Notes: generated by a model not told the origin, from the sequence alone. Counted from the stretch's first letter, positions 28,491-41,918 are shown. The stretch: DNA of 64,000 bases from Thalia democratica (GCA_965202585.1 OZ241831.1:44020001-44084000); one strand, 5' to 3'. A program made the numbers and translations.

Positions 28491-29882
28491 ATGTTAGATG
28501 AAAAACAATTGAAATCTGCTGAAAGTTTTGAAAGTGAAAACAATGTGGCTGTTGAAAACGATACAGTTGTACAAAATGGCACCAGCAAACTAGGTTCTGC
28601 CTCCGATGATGAAAACAAATCATTTGAGAATAGTGACCCGCAAACTAGTGCCCTGCCTTCTGATGCCGGAGACAATCTGATTGAAGTTAATGAGTTCAAA
28701 CACCTTGATAAAAAAGCCAGTAAACTAGTACTAGCAGAAAGATTGCTTAAATACTCATCAGCTGTGTCCAGACTTTAAAAGAAAAAGTTAATGTTGGAAA
28801 AGCAAATAGAAATATCTATAGTTGATGCAAAACTTCATGGTGTGATTGATTTAGATCTTATTAACAAGAAAAAGTAGAAATTGTTGAAATAGAAGCTGAT
28901 ATTAAAATGATGCAGTTAGATCTTGCTGTAGAAAAATTTTTTCTCAAAGAGAAATATCAACAAACTAAATCAACAACTTCTAGTGTTGATGATATTTCTT
29001 CTGATGATGCTGATCTATTGACTAGTAGTAATTTCCTGCTGGTTTTCCAACTATACCGATTTCATCTTCCTCTGATAGACAGCGTAAACGGGAAGTGATG
29101 ATTTTAGAAATGGAAAAGAAAAGAGATGAGGTGCGCACTTTAGATTTGAAACAGCTTATGAAAAACATTCAATCTGAAATTGGTCATTGTTCCAAGAGTT
29201 CTTGTGTGAACAAAAATTCTTCTCCGGAAACACCACCCACAGTTGGAAGCCATTAAACACCAGCTGTGTTACCTGTTCTAAAGAGAAACATCAACGAACT
29301 GAATCAACATCTTCTAGTGTTGAATATTTCCCTTCAAAAGATGCTGAACTATCCACTAGAAGCAATCCAGAATCCTCTGCTGACTTTCAAACTAAATCGG
29401 CTTATCCGTCATCTTCCTCTGGTACATATCGTCAACAGAAAGCGGTAACTGCTTATTTTGACAAGCCAATAGTTGAGGTAGACTATTTGAATTTTCCATG
29501 GCATGATAACTCGTCTGAAAATGGTCATTGTTCTGAGAGTTCTTATGTGGAAACATCACCTGCAGTTGGTAGCCCGACTAAAATTGATGATCAAAACACC
29601 AGCTGTGTTACTGGTAAAGTTTTACCACCAAGGCTGATTGATGAATGTCTTTCTAATGTTGCAGTTTCAAATCTTTGCATGAAAAAAGAAAAAATCGCAT
29701 TAAGCTTCGAAAAGAAAATTACTTTCTTCCTAAGACTTGCGTTGACCGTTGTTCTAGCTGTATTCCTTTACAATGTTAATAAGGTTTTTCGCAGTTGTTG
29801 TATTTCCGATTGTAATTGTGATTGTGGTTTTGAATTTCGAGGTTTTCAACAAAAAGTGTACCCTTATTTTAAATGCAACTAA
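28491..29882 (+). pseudogene. Orphan family copy 5 (subtype B, duplicated module), disrupted
   Basis: In-frame stop at 28776-28778 and further stops and frameshifts. It is fused directly to the rootletin exon fragment at 28462-28466. Confidence 0.85.
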
Positions 29883-31052
29883 TTTTCTGGATGATATTTC
29901 TTAGTTATACGATTTACAGCAATTTGTTATAAAACGTTATTCTGTTTTACCATCTTATGCTATGTTAAAGTTTTTTGTTTATTTTGTTTTTAATAGCTAT
30001 TTTCTGTTAATAAAAAACTACTGAATAGTACAAACCAAGTCTATGCTATTGTATTATAATTGTGTAAATAATATACTAAATATACTTTACTTAAATAAAA
30101 ATAGTTTAGGCCACTGAAATACTAATTCAACAATTAAGTATAGTATGTCAATAAACAAACAAACTATAAACTTAATCCTAAAATTTTATTTTAACTTTCT
30201 ATGTTTGTTTTTTTTAGTTATAAATTTGTAAGTATATAATTACAAATGGTTAATAATGAAAATAGCGTGCAGGTTTTTTTTTTTATGTTTAGTATTTTCT
30301 TAATAATCTAAATAGTGGATCTAAATAAATCTAAATAAATAATAATAGTGGAGCTTTAAATTCAGCCACAGTTTAAAGTTAAAAACTTCTATCCTTGTTG
30401 ATCGAATTACGTTAATTAAAGAAAAATGAAAGTTATGTAATAGTAGCAAAGTAAACTCCAATGAGTTGTGTCTTTAGTTCTTTATATAAATCAACCTTCG
30501 TTGTAAGTGGAAAAGGATGCCAAGTTTTGTAATACTTAGAAATAGTAAAGTTAACTAGATTAAACTAAACTGTATATTTAATGGTATTTTCTATTAAAAC
30601 GAATTGAAGTTAGTTATTAAGCTTAACTTGATTGTACCTTATACACAGTTTGGAAAGCTTCAAATACGCACTACTTATCTATAAGTCTAATAGTTGTGCT
30701 TCCGATCTGAATATATTGATACACTATGTTTAAATTAAACAATTTATAGCTCAATACTTACATTTCTATTATTTTTGTTGAAGTTGAACTACTAATATTT
30801 TAACTATAAATAGATGTTTTGCAAAAAGATAAATCTTTACAAATAAACTAGTTGTTAAAAAAAACGGTTATAACAATAATATTTTTTTACAGCCATAAAA
30901 AATAGGTTTTTACTCAGTTAAAGTTATCATAATAAAATTAAGCAAAATGACTTTTCTTATAGTAAAATTTTCTTCAACTTTTCGTTTTCAAATTTTCATT
31001 TTTTTAAAGTTGTAACATTTTATTTTTGCAGCTCTTTGTAGTTGAATTCGTC

Positions 31053-31571
31053 ATGTCAGATGAAGATCAACTGAAATCTGCTGAAAGTTTTGAAAGTGAA
31101 AACGATGTGCCTGTTGAAAACGATCCAGTTGTACAAATTGGCACCAGCAACCCAGGTTCTGCATCCAATGATGAAAACAAATCATTTGAGAATAGTGACC
31201 CGCAAACTAGTGCCCTACCTTCTGATGCCGGAGACAATTCAATTAAAAGCAATGAATTACAGATTGATGAAACTAAAAAATCCGGTAAACAAGTACCAGC
31301 TAGAGTCTAGACGATTGCATAAAATCTCACCGGTTGTGTTTAGACTTGAAAGGATAAGGTTCATATTGTTAAAAGAAATAGAAAGATATTTAAAGCTTAA
31401 ACATCTTTATGCTCGTGGTATAATCAATTCTATTAGACTAACTCACGGTTCTGTTGAAAAAAACAAGTTAGGAATTGACACGACAAAAAAAAACAAATTG
31501 AATGGATAAAGTTGGCACATGCTAATCAAAATTCTGATCTCAAAGAGATACATGAACAAACAGGATCCGAA
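31053..31571 (+). pseudogene. Orphan family copy 6 (subtype A), frameshifted and 3'-deleted
   Basis: A 7-nt insertion (GTCTAGA, about 31305) causes a stop at 31308-31310. At about 31571 the sequence jumps from ...GGATCCGAA into the distal 3' flank (AAGGCAATACT...). Confidence 0.85.
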
Positions 31572-32635
31572 AAGGCAATACTAACATTATAGTATTGTAA
31601 GAAGTAAAACAGCTGTTTATTTACTATTACACTTAGATAACCTTTTTAATCTTGTTTAACCGTCTTAGAAATAAAAATTATTTTTTATTTGTTTAAAAAA
31701 TTACAAAACACTAATATATTTATAAGATAAAGTCTTTTAACTAACAGATTTATTCTAAAAAAAAAATTATTTGTATTGTTTTAATAATTCGTGTTTTTTA
31801 AAGTATTCCTCTTTTTGTATTCTAAAGTTTACTCTGAAATTAATCAAAAAAAAAAAAAAAACAGTAGTTATAGAAAACTACAATAGGTACTTGTTACTAT
31901 TTTTATTAAAAATTTGAATCTTTGCGAAAGAAAAAAAACAATTTCTAAGTAATTATACAAAAACTGAAAATTTTGAAAAGTAACTATAAGAGAAAGTACT
32001 TGTCTCCAAAATAAAAGTGAAGTTGGAGAACGATAAACTATTTTATGAAATTTTTTAGTCAAATAGCGCAGAAAGTAAAATTAGGCAAAAAAAAATGATG
32101 ACAGTTAAAACTACCAATTAGAAAATTTACAGAAACTAGGATATATAAAAAAAGCTACTGAAATCGTATATACAAAAATTTATAGTAATTTTAGTTAAAG
32201 AACACAATAAAAAAAAAACGTTAAAAAGCTAAAAAAGGTACAAAAATAAAACAAACACAGTTCTAAAAACGGTTTTAAAAGGTGAAAGTAATGTAGAAAT
32301 TAAAAAAAAAATTATATTAGTTAAGATCAACTCTATCACAGCCTGAAGGCTAGTATCGACAGCTTCGTTAACTAGTGTTTTGTGACGTCGTATTTAAAAT
32401 TTAGTGACGTAATAAATCCTTTAACAGTGACGAAAAATCAGCACAGTAAAAAAACTCCGGCATAAAAAATACAGTCTTCAAAAAAAATGTTTGTTTAATC
32501 GAAACTTAAAACAAGTAAAAGTATTTTAAACAAGCTAATTTCAAAGTATATCTTCCGAAAAGAAAGACATGTAAAACTTTGATTCTAGTAAGCAGCCCTC
32601 GCTTGTACACTGAAGAACTTTTACTTTGTTTTTAT

Positions 32636-33030
32636 TCAGTGTCTCCTTCTCCTAATTTCTTGACTCAACAGGTCTTTCAAGGTGGCTGCCTAAAAAAGAA
32701 AATGTTACTTTAAAAACAGTTTTATTATATCAAAATTACGTAACAGAAAATTAAGTTGTACGTAGCATTTAAGCTTAATAAAATATAAAAAATTTCACAA
32801 ATAATTTTGCAAGGTTAAAAAAACAAAAAACAGCAGCACTTAATTCATTTAGCGAAGTAAACAATAAGAGTAATCAAATAATGTGACGTCACAACTTACT
32901 TGTTCCTCCAGTCCCTTGACGCGCTGCCGGTGAGCTCTCTCGCGCGCCTCCAGTGTTCGTTCCGACTGAATCTGAGCCGTCCTCAGCCTCTCGATCTCCA
33001 GTTCCGACTCCTGCCGGTGCCTGGTGGTGA
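32636..33030 (-). pseudogene. Rootletin 3' fragment: last exon plus part of the penultimate exon
   Basis: Exons 32689-32636 and 33030-32900. Homology ends at CCTGGTGGTGA|AACTT. Confidence 0.9.
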
Positions 33031-34273
33031 AACTTAAAACGAAACTTATACATAAATAACGATGCGTTTCCATTACACTGATGTCAAAATGTTTACCAAA
33101 ATAAAAGTTTATCAACAGATGTTAAAAATATTGAACTTTTACTGTTCTGTGTGCAATTTATAAAATATAGAACTATATTTAGTTTCTATTTTAGTATGCA
33201 GTTTTGCTCAAGTCCGAAGAAATGAATTAATACTTACTAATGTTTGTTTTTAAATTTAATTTTTTTAACTTATTGTTTATTTTATACTTACTGAATTAGT
33301 TCGTATTTAACGATATATTTTAGACTTATCTTTGGAAGTTAAAGTATTCCGTAAAAGACCATTTTGTAAACAACTTATTAGATTTCATGTTAATAATAGT
33401 TTTTTAACCTTTTCCAACTTTTTCTAATCAGAATTTACATTAACATTAAAAAATGATTAACTTGTTGAGTTTAAGTATTTAACATCTGTTTGTCATTAAC
33501 AATTCAAACCAAGTCAATTTTAAACAAAATAAGTTTTAGTTATATTATTATGGTTTTTCATCATTATTTTTTTACCTAAAGTATTTTTTTGTTATGTTTT
33601 TAGATGAAAATTTAAAACTTAATACTCACACTTAAATGCTTTGTTAAACTGAACAAATTTTAAGTATATTATAAACCTTTCAATACAGATATTCTTTTAC
33701 ACTTTATAATGTAATTAGTTGTGAAAACGGAAGTTATAACATTAATTTTGGTTATGTTGAATGTAATAAAAACTTACAAGAGTAAATTAATAGTAGTAGA
33801 TTTATAACCTTCTCTATTTAATAAAGTTAGATTGGAATTTATTGTAATTAGCGGTTACATAAATATTAAGTTTTTATCAAGTTATGATATATAAAAATTA
33901 AATAAATAAGCATTAAAATAAAGTAAATGAGTATAAAAACATTTAGTATAGTATAATGATTTTAGTTAATTGTATTTTACTCACAATGAATTTTCATGTT
34001 AGCATTTTGTATATAAATATACAGATCATTATTTAAGCTGAGTACTTTTTCATTAAATTCAACAATGATTTGATTACTAATAAATAATAAGCAAAAATAA
34101 ATTTCTTTAACTAGTTTTGAAACAAACGGACTTAATATTGATTTTGTTGAAGTTATAAAAAGTAAGTTTAAGGTCTCCTAATCAAGTTAGCTGTTTGTTT
34201 TCAAAAACTTTACTTTTTAGAAGGTTTACTATTTAATTTTTTTGCAGCTCTTTGTAGTCCAGTTGAAGTCGTC

Positions 34274-35341
34274 ATGTCAGGTGAAAACCAACTGAAATCT
34301 GCTGAAAGTTTTGAAAGTGAAAACAATGTGGCTGTTGAAAACGATCCAGTTGTACAAAATGTCACCAGCAACCCAGGTTCTGCATCCGATGATGAAAACA
34401 AATCATTAGAGAATAGTGACCCGCAAACTAGTGCCCTGCCTTCCGATGCCGGAGACAATCCAATTGAAAGTAATAAATTAAAGATTGCTAATAAAACTGG
34501 TAAACCAGTATCAGCTAGACGATTGATTAAATTCTTACCATTTCTGTCCAGATTAGAAAAGACAAAGTTAATGTTGGAAAAAGAAATAGAAAGATATATA
34601 AAGTTCGAAAAACGTTATGCTCCTGGTGAGACTAGATCCAATTTTATTAGACTGACTCACGGTTCTGTTGAAAAGAACAAGTTAGAAATAGCCAGGATAG
34701 AAAACAAAATTGAAAGCAAATGGTTGGACATTGGTATAAAAATTCCTGACCTCCAAGAGGTACATCAGCAAACTGAATCCAAAGTTGAAAATATCCATAC
34801 TGATGACAGTAATCTCATGACTACTAGCAATCCGAAATCCTCTGCTGGCTTTCCTACTAAACCGAACAACTATGCTACTTACCGTCAACAGAAAGCAGTA
34901 ACTGCTGAGGTGGAGAATAATGTCTCAGAGGTAGACACTTTAAATTTACCACAACATAATAACCCACCTGAAAATGGTCACTGTTCTAAGATTTCTAACA
35001 TGAACAAAACTTCTTCTCATACACCTCTCGAAGTGGCAAGCCCGACTAAAGTTGATGATCAAAACACCAGCTGTGTTACCGGTGAAGTTTTATCACCAAG
35101 GCTGATCGGTGAACGTTTTTCTAATGTTGCAGCTTCAAAACAACCAAGGAAAAACCAAAACTTCGAAAATAAAATTACTTTCCACCTAAGACTCGCTTTG
35201 TCCGTTGTTCTATCTGTATTCGTTTACATTGTAAATAAGGTTTTTCACGGTTTTTGTGATTCCGATTGGTTTTGTAATAGTGTTTGTAATTTTGATTTTG
35301 GAAGTTTTCAACAAAAAGTGATTGGGTGCATCCTTAAATAA
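34274..35341 (+). CDS. Orphan family copy 7 (subtype A), intact, 355 aa
   Basis: Full ORF with acceptor, TM, Cys tail and a downstream AATAAA at about 35479. Confidence 0.8.
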   Translation: MSGENQLKSAESFESENNVAVENDPVVQNVTSNPGSASDDENKSLENSDPQTSALPSDAGDNPIESNKLKIANKTGKPVSARRLIKFLPFLSRLEKTKLMLEKEIERYIKFEKRYAPGETRSNFIRLTHGSVEKNKLEIARIENKIESKWLDIGIKIPDLQEVHQQTESKVENIHTDDSNLMTTSNPKSSAGFPTKPNNYATYRQQKAVTAEVENNVSEVDTLNLPQHNNPPENGHCSKISNMNKTSSHTPLEVASPTKVDDQNTSCVTGEVLSPRLIGERFSNVAASKQPRKNQNFENKITFHLRLALSVVLSVFVYIVNKVFHGFCDSDWFCNSVCNFDFGSFQQKVIGCILK

Positions 35342-36555
35342 AATGCAATTTTTTGAACAATTTTTCTTAAGTTATACGATTTACAGCAATTTTGTTATAA
35401 AACGTAATTCTGTTTTACCATGTTATGCTATGTTAAAAGTTGTCTTGTTTATTTTGTGTTTAATAGCTAATTTCTGTCAATAAAATGAATAGCACAAACC
35501 AAGTCTATGCTTTTGTACAATAATTGAGTATATAATAAAGTAAATACATTGGCGTTTTACAAATTCTTTTTACTTAAGTACAAATAACTTAAGCTCACTT
35601 TAATATCAGTACAACCACTAAATGTAGTATTTTTAAACATAAATAAAATATAGTCCGATAATTTTCTTTGTTTAACTTTCTACTTTAATTAAATTAAAAA
35701 TTTGTATGTATCAGATTATAAATGGATAATAATGAAAAGAACATGCAAGATTTATTTTATGTTTAGTTTTTTCTTAATATTTTGATTGTTTCATCGGATT
35801 TATTAAATAAACAGCTTTTTTATTTAACTAAGATTAAATAATCTCCATTAATCTATAACTAATTTCAGTATAGTGAAGCTTTGAATTAAGCAACACTCTA
35901 AAATTATAAAAAAATTACTTTGTTTACTGGATCAAGTTTATTAAAAATATAAAAGTTATATAATAGTAGAAAAATAATCGTCAATGAGTTGTGACTTTGG
36001 TTCTTTATATAAACCAACCTTCATTGTAAGTAGATAGGAATGCTAAATTTTTATTACTAAAACATCAGTAAAATCACTGATTAGATTCAGAGCTGTATGT
36101 TTAATGGTATTTACAATTATTAAAACGAATTGAAGTTAGTTATTAAGCTTAAGTTCAGTGTACCTTATACACAGTTTAGAAAGTTTCAAATATGTACTAC
36201 TTATCTATGAGTCTAATAGTTGTGCTTGCTATCTGAATTTATCAATACACTGTTTGAATTACTGAGTTATTTTTTTATAGACTTAAAAAGGACCAAGGCA
36301 ATACTAAAACTTTAGTATTGTATGAAGTTAAACAGCTGCTTGTTTACTATTACACTCAAATAACCTTTTTAACTTTTTTAACCTTCTTAGAAATAAAAAT
36401 TGGTTTTTAGTTGTTAATAAAGTATCATAATTATAATAAATTTATAAGATAAAATCTTTTAACAAATAAACTTATCCTGAGTAAAAACTGAAAAATATTT
36501 TATCCATTTTGTTTTAATAAATCGATAAGTTTTGAAAGATTAGGGTGTTTAAAAA

Positions 36556-38663
36556 GGGAACGGGTCTAAATTGCGCGAAGACAAAATGGCACGAAGATAC
36601 TTTTGCACGGAGACTAGTTTGCACGCAGGCACAAAATTGCACGAGGGAACAAAATTGCACAAAGACTAGTTTGCACGGAAGCTCAATATTGTACAAGTTA
36701 CAATTTTGCACGGAAGGTCAATTTTGCACGAGAGACAGTTTTGCACGGAGGGTCAATTTTGCACAAAAAAGTGTTAACTTAAAATAACTAAATAAAAAAT
36801 ATATTAAAACTTTTATATTTTATAAAAAAAGTAAAATAAGCATGTATTATTGTAGTTAATTTTAATTTATTTAAGTTTAGATTAGTTTTATTTACTTTTT
36901 TAATTTATTTACATTTTTTTAAATCAAAACTAAATTATTGTGTTTAAAAACTAATAAAAAATTTAAAAAATCTTAAATAAAAATAATAATAGGGTTTTAT
37001 TTTAATAAAAATATCCCTTATTAAAGAATAAACATGTATTGATGTAAACTTAAATTAAATTAAAATTATACTAAACTTCAGTATGAAACAAAACAAGATT
37101 AAAAATAATAATAAATAAATAATTTTTACATGGGTAGGTGTTAAAATTGCACGAGCGTACAAAATTGCACGAGGGGACAAAATTGCACGAAGATACTTTT
37201 GCACAGAAAAAAACGAGCATGCAAAAGAGTGAATCAATTAAATAAATTTAGAAAGGAGAAAATCCGTCTGATGAAATTTTTATTGTGCATTGTACAAAAA
37301 GTTCTGTTATGGCTGTGTACTTCCATAAATTATACTTAAAAATTTTTTTTTTTTTTTTTATAAAACTTTTAAACATAATTTATATATCATTATTTTCTAT
37401 TTGTCTAAACTTTATCTTAGTTGCATTACTTTTTGCACGCGTTTTACTCTAATTATATCTTAAGTTTCTCCTGCTCTGTTTTTTCTTTTTATCTAACCCA
37501 GACTTGCGCAAAAGCACTGGCAGAAGCAATTTTTTTCTTACTTTTTTAGAAGAAAAAGGAGATACAAGATTTTGACTAAAATAAAACAAACAAAATAACA
37601 CAACAGCTAGAATTACTTAATTTCTATTTTTAATAAAAAAAAATATTAGTATTTTAACAAAACTCTTTTTGGTAATTATATTTCAATAACGGTTAGAATC
37701 TAATTTTATAACCTAGTTATATTTTTATTTTTATAAAATATTTTTTGATGTATTTCTTTTTATTATTTAATTTCTTCATTTTGAATTTTTTAATTATTAG
37801 TATTTATTTTAAACTTTTTTAATTATTCATTTCATTTATTTTAACTTTTTTTAATAATTTTATTAACTTTTGTCTTGGAGTTTTATTTAATGTATTTATT
37901 ATTTAGTTTATTAATTTTTATAAATCTAATTTATTTTTTCATTTTTCAAAATTTATTTATTATTTAGTTATTTGATTTTTTAAATTCTGACTTCTTTTAT
38001 TATTTACTTTAATCTATTTAACATTTAATGTTTATTTTTTTCTTAAAAATAATTTTTTTTTAACTTAAAAATATTATTATTATTTTTTTTTTTAGTTACT
38101 ATTATTTTTATTTTATTGATTGATTTTTTTTTTACTTAATATTTATTTACTTTTTTATTTTTAATTGTTTGTTTTAATTTTTACTTAATATTTTTTACTT
38201 ATTTTTTTGATTTTCTTAAAATTATATAGTTTTTTTTCGTATTTTTCTATTATTTTGTTATTATTTTTTTTAATTCTGATTTAAAAAAAAATATATTATA
38301 CAAATTTTTTCATGAAAAAGAGTTTTCTCGTGCAATTTTGTCCCCTCGTGCAAAAATGTCTACGCGCAATTTCGACCCGTTCCTGGCCAGGAAACAAAAC
38401 TCGTGCAAAAATGACCCTTTGTGCATAAGCGTCTGCGTGCATCATTGTCTGCTCGTGCAAAAATGTACCCTCGTGCAAAAGTATCTTCATGCAAAAGTGA
38501 ACCTTCGTGCAATTTTGTCTACGTGCAATTTCATCTTCGTGCAATTTTGTGCTCTCGTGCAAATTAGTCTTCGTGCAAAAGTATCTTCGTGCAATTTTGT
38601 GTTTTCGTGCAATTTTGTCCACTCGTGCGATTTTGTACGCTCGCGCAATTTAGACAGCTACCC
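36556..38663. mobile_element. Non-autonomous Mutator/Foldback-like DNA transposon, 2108 bp, 9-bp TSD GTTTAAAAA
   Basis: The TSD lies at 36547-36555 and 38664-38672. Termini GGGAACGGGTCTAAATTGCGCG and (reverse complement) GGGTAGCTGTCTAAATTGCGCG are followed by arrays of about 20-bp AAAATTGCACGA(A/G) repeats in inverted orientation. The interior is AT-rich and non-coding. Near-identical empty sites are present in other copies (for example about 51806). Confidence 0.88.
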
Positions 38664-39514
38664 GTTTAAAAAGTATACTTCTTTTTATATTCTAAACTTT
38701 ACTCTGAAAATACTAAAAAAACTAAACAGTAATTCTAAAAAACTACAATAGGTACTTATTACAAACTTTATTAAAAATTCTTCGGAGCATTGCGACAAAA
38801 AAAAAAAACAACTTCTAAGTAATTATACGAAAACTGAAAGTTTTAAAAAGTAACTATAAGAGAAAATACTTGTCTGCAAAAAATAAAAGTGAAATTAGAG
38901 GACGGAAAACAATTTTCTTAAACTTTTCAGTCAATAAGCGCAGAAAGTAAATTAGGCAAAAATGTAGTGATGACAGCTAAAACTACCAATTAGAAAGTTT
39001 ATAGAAACTAGGATAGATAAAAAAAGCTACTGAAATCGTATATACAAAAATTTATAGTATTTCTTATTTAAAATAGATAATATAAAACAAAAAAAACGTT
39101 AATAAGCTTAAACAAGTACAAAAATAAAATAAACACAGTGCTAAAAACGGTTTGAAAAGGTGAAAGTAATGTAAAAAGTAAAAAAATTAAAGTTAGTTGA
39201 GGTCAACTTTATCACAGCCTGAAAGCTAGTATCGACAGCTTCGTTAACTAGTGTTTCGTGACGTCATATTTGAAATGTAGCGACGTAATAAATCCTTTAA
39301 CAGTGACGTAAAATCAGCACAGTAAAAAAAAACTCACAGCGTAAAAAATACAGTATTTAGTAAAAATATTCATTTAATCGAAACTCAAAACAAGTAAAAG
39401 TATTCAAAACAAGCTAATTTCAAAGTAGGTCTTTCGACAAGCAAGAAATGTAAGATTTTGATTCTAGTAAGCAGCCCTCGCTTGTACAATGTAGAACTTT
39501 TACTTTGTTTTTGT

Positions 39515-39547
39515 TCAGTGTCTCCTTCTCCTAATTTCTTGACTCAG
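39515..39547 (-). pseudogene. Rootletin 3' fragment: partial last exon and 3' region
   Basis: TCAGTGTCTCCTTCTCCTAATTTCTTGACTCAG, then an abrupt switch to the upstream flank of copy 8. Confidence 0.85.
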
Positions 39548-40880
39548 AAAATAGTGGAAATAGATATTATTGGGTAAAAGTTGAATTTAAAACTTAACAA
39601 GTTATAAGTTTTAATCAAAACAAGTTAAGATATAAAAGATTATATCTAAATAATGATCTGCTTACATCACATTAACTTTAACATAATTACCAAAAGAAAA
39701 ATTTAATCAATGACTGTTGAAAATTTTTAAAAGCTTTTTATGTTATGTGTAAAATTAATTAAAAAAACATATACATAGTTTTATTTAAAGTTTGCAATTT
39801 TGCTAAAGTCCGTAGTAATGAAGATACTTGCTAATGTTTATTTTAAATTTTAAGTTATTATTATTTAATATGTTGTATAGTTAATAATTACTGAACTAGA
39901 TCGTAAGTAATAAAACTAAAGATTCTGAAAAAGTCCATTTTGTTAACAACTTTTCAGAGTTTCTTGTTAATAGTAGTTTTATTACCTTTTATAACTTTAT
40001 GTATTAGATAATTTACACATGCATTAAGTAACTGTAAACTTGTTGTGTATAAGTACTTAACATCTACATATCATTTAAAAAGATAGCTAAGTAAGGGTTA
40101 TAATGTTACGTTATAATAACATATTTTTTCATTAGTGTTTATTTGATGCAATAGGATTTTATGTTAAGGTTTTACAAATTAATTTACATATTGATACTCC
40201 TACCTGAGTACTTTTTTTTAAACTAAACTAAATTTTGAATACCTTCTAACTTTTCAATAAAGATATTTCTTTACATTTTATATTGTGATTAATTGTCAAA
40301 CAGAAGTGATAAAGTTTGTTTTTTGTTTTGTTAAATGTTATAAAAAAACTTGTTAGAGTTTAATAGTAGTAGTAGTTTTTTATCTTCCCTGGTTATTTAA
40401 AAAATTAGCTAAGAGTGTAATGTACATACCAATTACTTTAACATAAAGTATTTATAATATTTTTGAATAATTTTTGTGTATATTATACATCTTATTTTAA
40501 TATAAGTAATTTAAGCTTAAAAAAAATAACGTTCATTTATATTTGACATTTATTTAAATTTCAATAAAATTTTAAGTAGATTTTTAATATTTAAGTTTAC
40601 AGTTAAAAACTCAAACTTGTTTACTCTTTGTTCTGTTAGGAACTTTGAAAAAAAAGATATATTTACATTATAACTAGTTGTGAATAAAAGCAGTTATGCT
40701 ATTAATTTCATAAAGTCATATTATTTTATAATTCGATTTTTACTTAAATAAAGGTCTGATAATAAAGTTAAACAAAATTACTTTTCTTGTAGTCATAGTT
40801 AGATGTTTGTTTTCAAATCTTTTCTTTTAAAGTTACAATATGTTTTTTTTGCAGCTCTTAGTAGTCCAGTTAAATTCGTC

Positions 40881-41918
40881 ATGTCAGGTGAAAAACAACT
40901 GAAATCTGCTGAAAGTTTTGGAAGTGAAAATAATCTGTCTGTTGAAAACGATCCAGTTGTACAAAATGTCACCAGCAACCCAGGTTCTGCATCCAATGAT
41001 GAAAACAAATCATTTGAGAATAGTGACCCGCAAACTAGTGCCCTACCTTCTGATGCCGGAGACAATCCAATTGATAGTAATGAATTACAGATTGATGAAA
41101 CTAAAACATCCGGTGAACTAAAACTAGCTACTCTGTTGCAAAAATTATCACCATCTGTGTCCGAATTGAAAAAGAGAAAGTCAATGTTGGAAAAGGATAT
41201 AGAGCAATTTATGGATGCTGCAAAACCTTATGATGAGTTTGATTTAATTTGTATTAGAATAAAAATAATTAGAATTGCCGAAATAGAAGCTCAACTTAAA
41301 ATGATTCAGTTGGATCTTGCTGAAGAAAAACTTGAACTCAAAAAAACTTCTAGTGCTGATAATATCTTTTCTAAAGATGCTGAGCCATCGACTAGTACCA
41401 ATTTTGAATTCCCTGCTGATATTCATGCTAAATCGGGAGATCTATCAACTATATCTGGTATATGCCTTCTACGGCAAGCGGTAGTTGACGAGTTGGACAA
41501 AAAAATAGCTGAGGTGTACACTTTAGATTTGACAAGACTTGTGCAAAACATCCCACCTGAAAATGGTCACTATGTGAACGAAAATTCTACTCCTGAAACA
41601 ACACCCGCAGTTGGAAGCCCGACTGAAGTTGATGATAAAAACACCAACCGTGTTATCGGTAAATTTTTACCACTGAGGCTGATCGATGAACGTCTTTCTA
41701 ATGTTGCAGCTTCAAATGCTCACATGAAAAAAAGAAATTTCGAAAAGGAATTTACTTTCTACCTGAGACTCGCTTTGTCCGTTGTTTTAGCTGTATTCGT
41801 TTATACTGTTAATAAGGTTTTTCGCAGTTTTGGTACTTCCGATTGTATTTGTAATAGTGATTGTAATTTTGATTTTGGAGGTTTTCAACAAAAAGTGATT
41901 GAGTGCATCCTTAAATGA
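40881..41918 (+). CDS. Orphan family copy 8 (subtype B), intact, 345 aa from the ATG at 40881
   Basis: Full ORF with acceptor, TM and Cys tail ending VIECILK. Confidence 0.8.
   Translation: MSGEKQLKSAESFGSENNLSVENDPVVQNVTSNPGSASNDENKSFENSDPQTSALPSDAGDNPIDSNELQIDETKTSGELKLATLLQKLSPSVSELKKRKSMLEKDIEQFMDAAKPYDEFDLICIRIKIIRIAEIEAQLKMIQLDLAEEKLELKKTSSADNIFSKDAEPSTSTNFEFPADIHAKSGDLSTISGICLLRQAVVDELDKKIAEVYTLDLTRLVQNIPPENGHYVNENSTPETTPAVGSPTEVDDKNTNRVIGKFLPLRLIDERLSNVAASNAHMKKRNFEKEFTFYLRLALSVVLAVFVYTVNKVFRSFGTSDCICNSDCNFDFGGFQQKVIECILK

Noticed and set aside
28280-28699. 139-aa minus-strand ORF spanning the rootletin/family junction
   Set aside because: Chance read-through of the antisense family block into an off-frame rootletin exon; there is no promoter or conservation evidence.
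36575-36760. CRISPR-like appearance of the about 20-bp repeats
   Set aside because: Eukaryotic context, no unique spacers, and the repeats are subterminal units of a TIR element with a TSD.
36514-36787. ORFs in the TIR arrays (also 37055-37237, 38296-38751)
   Set aside because: Translations of short tandem repeats with no transposase motifs.
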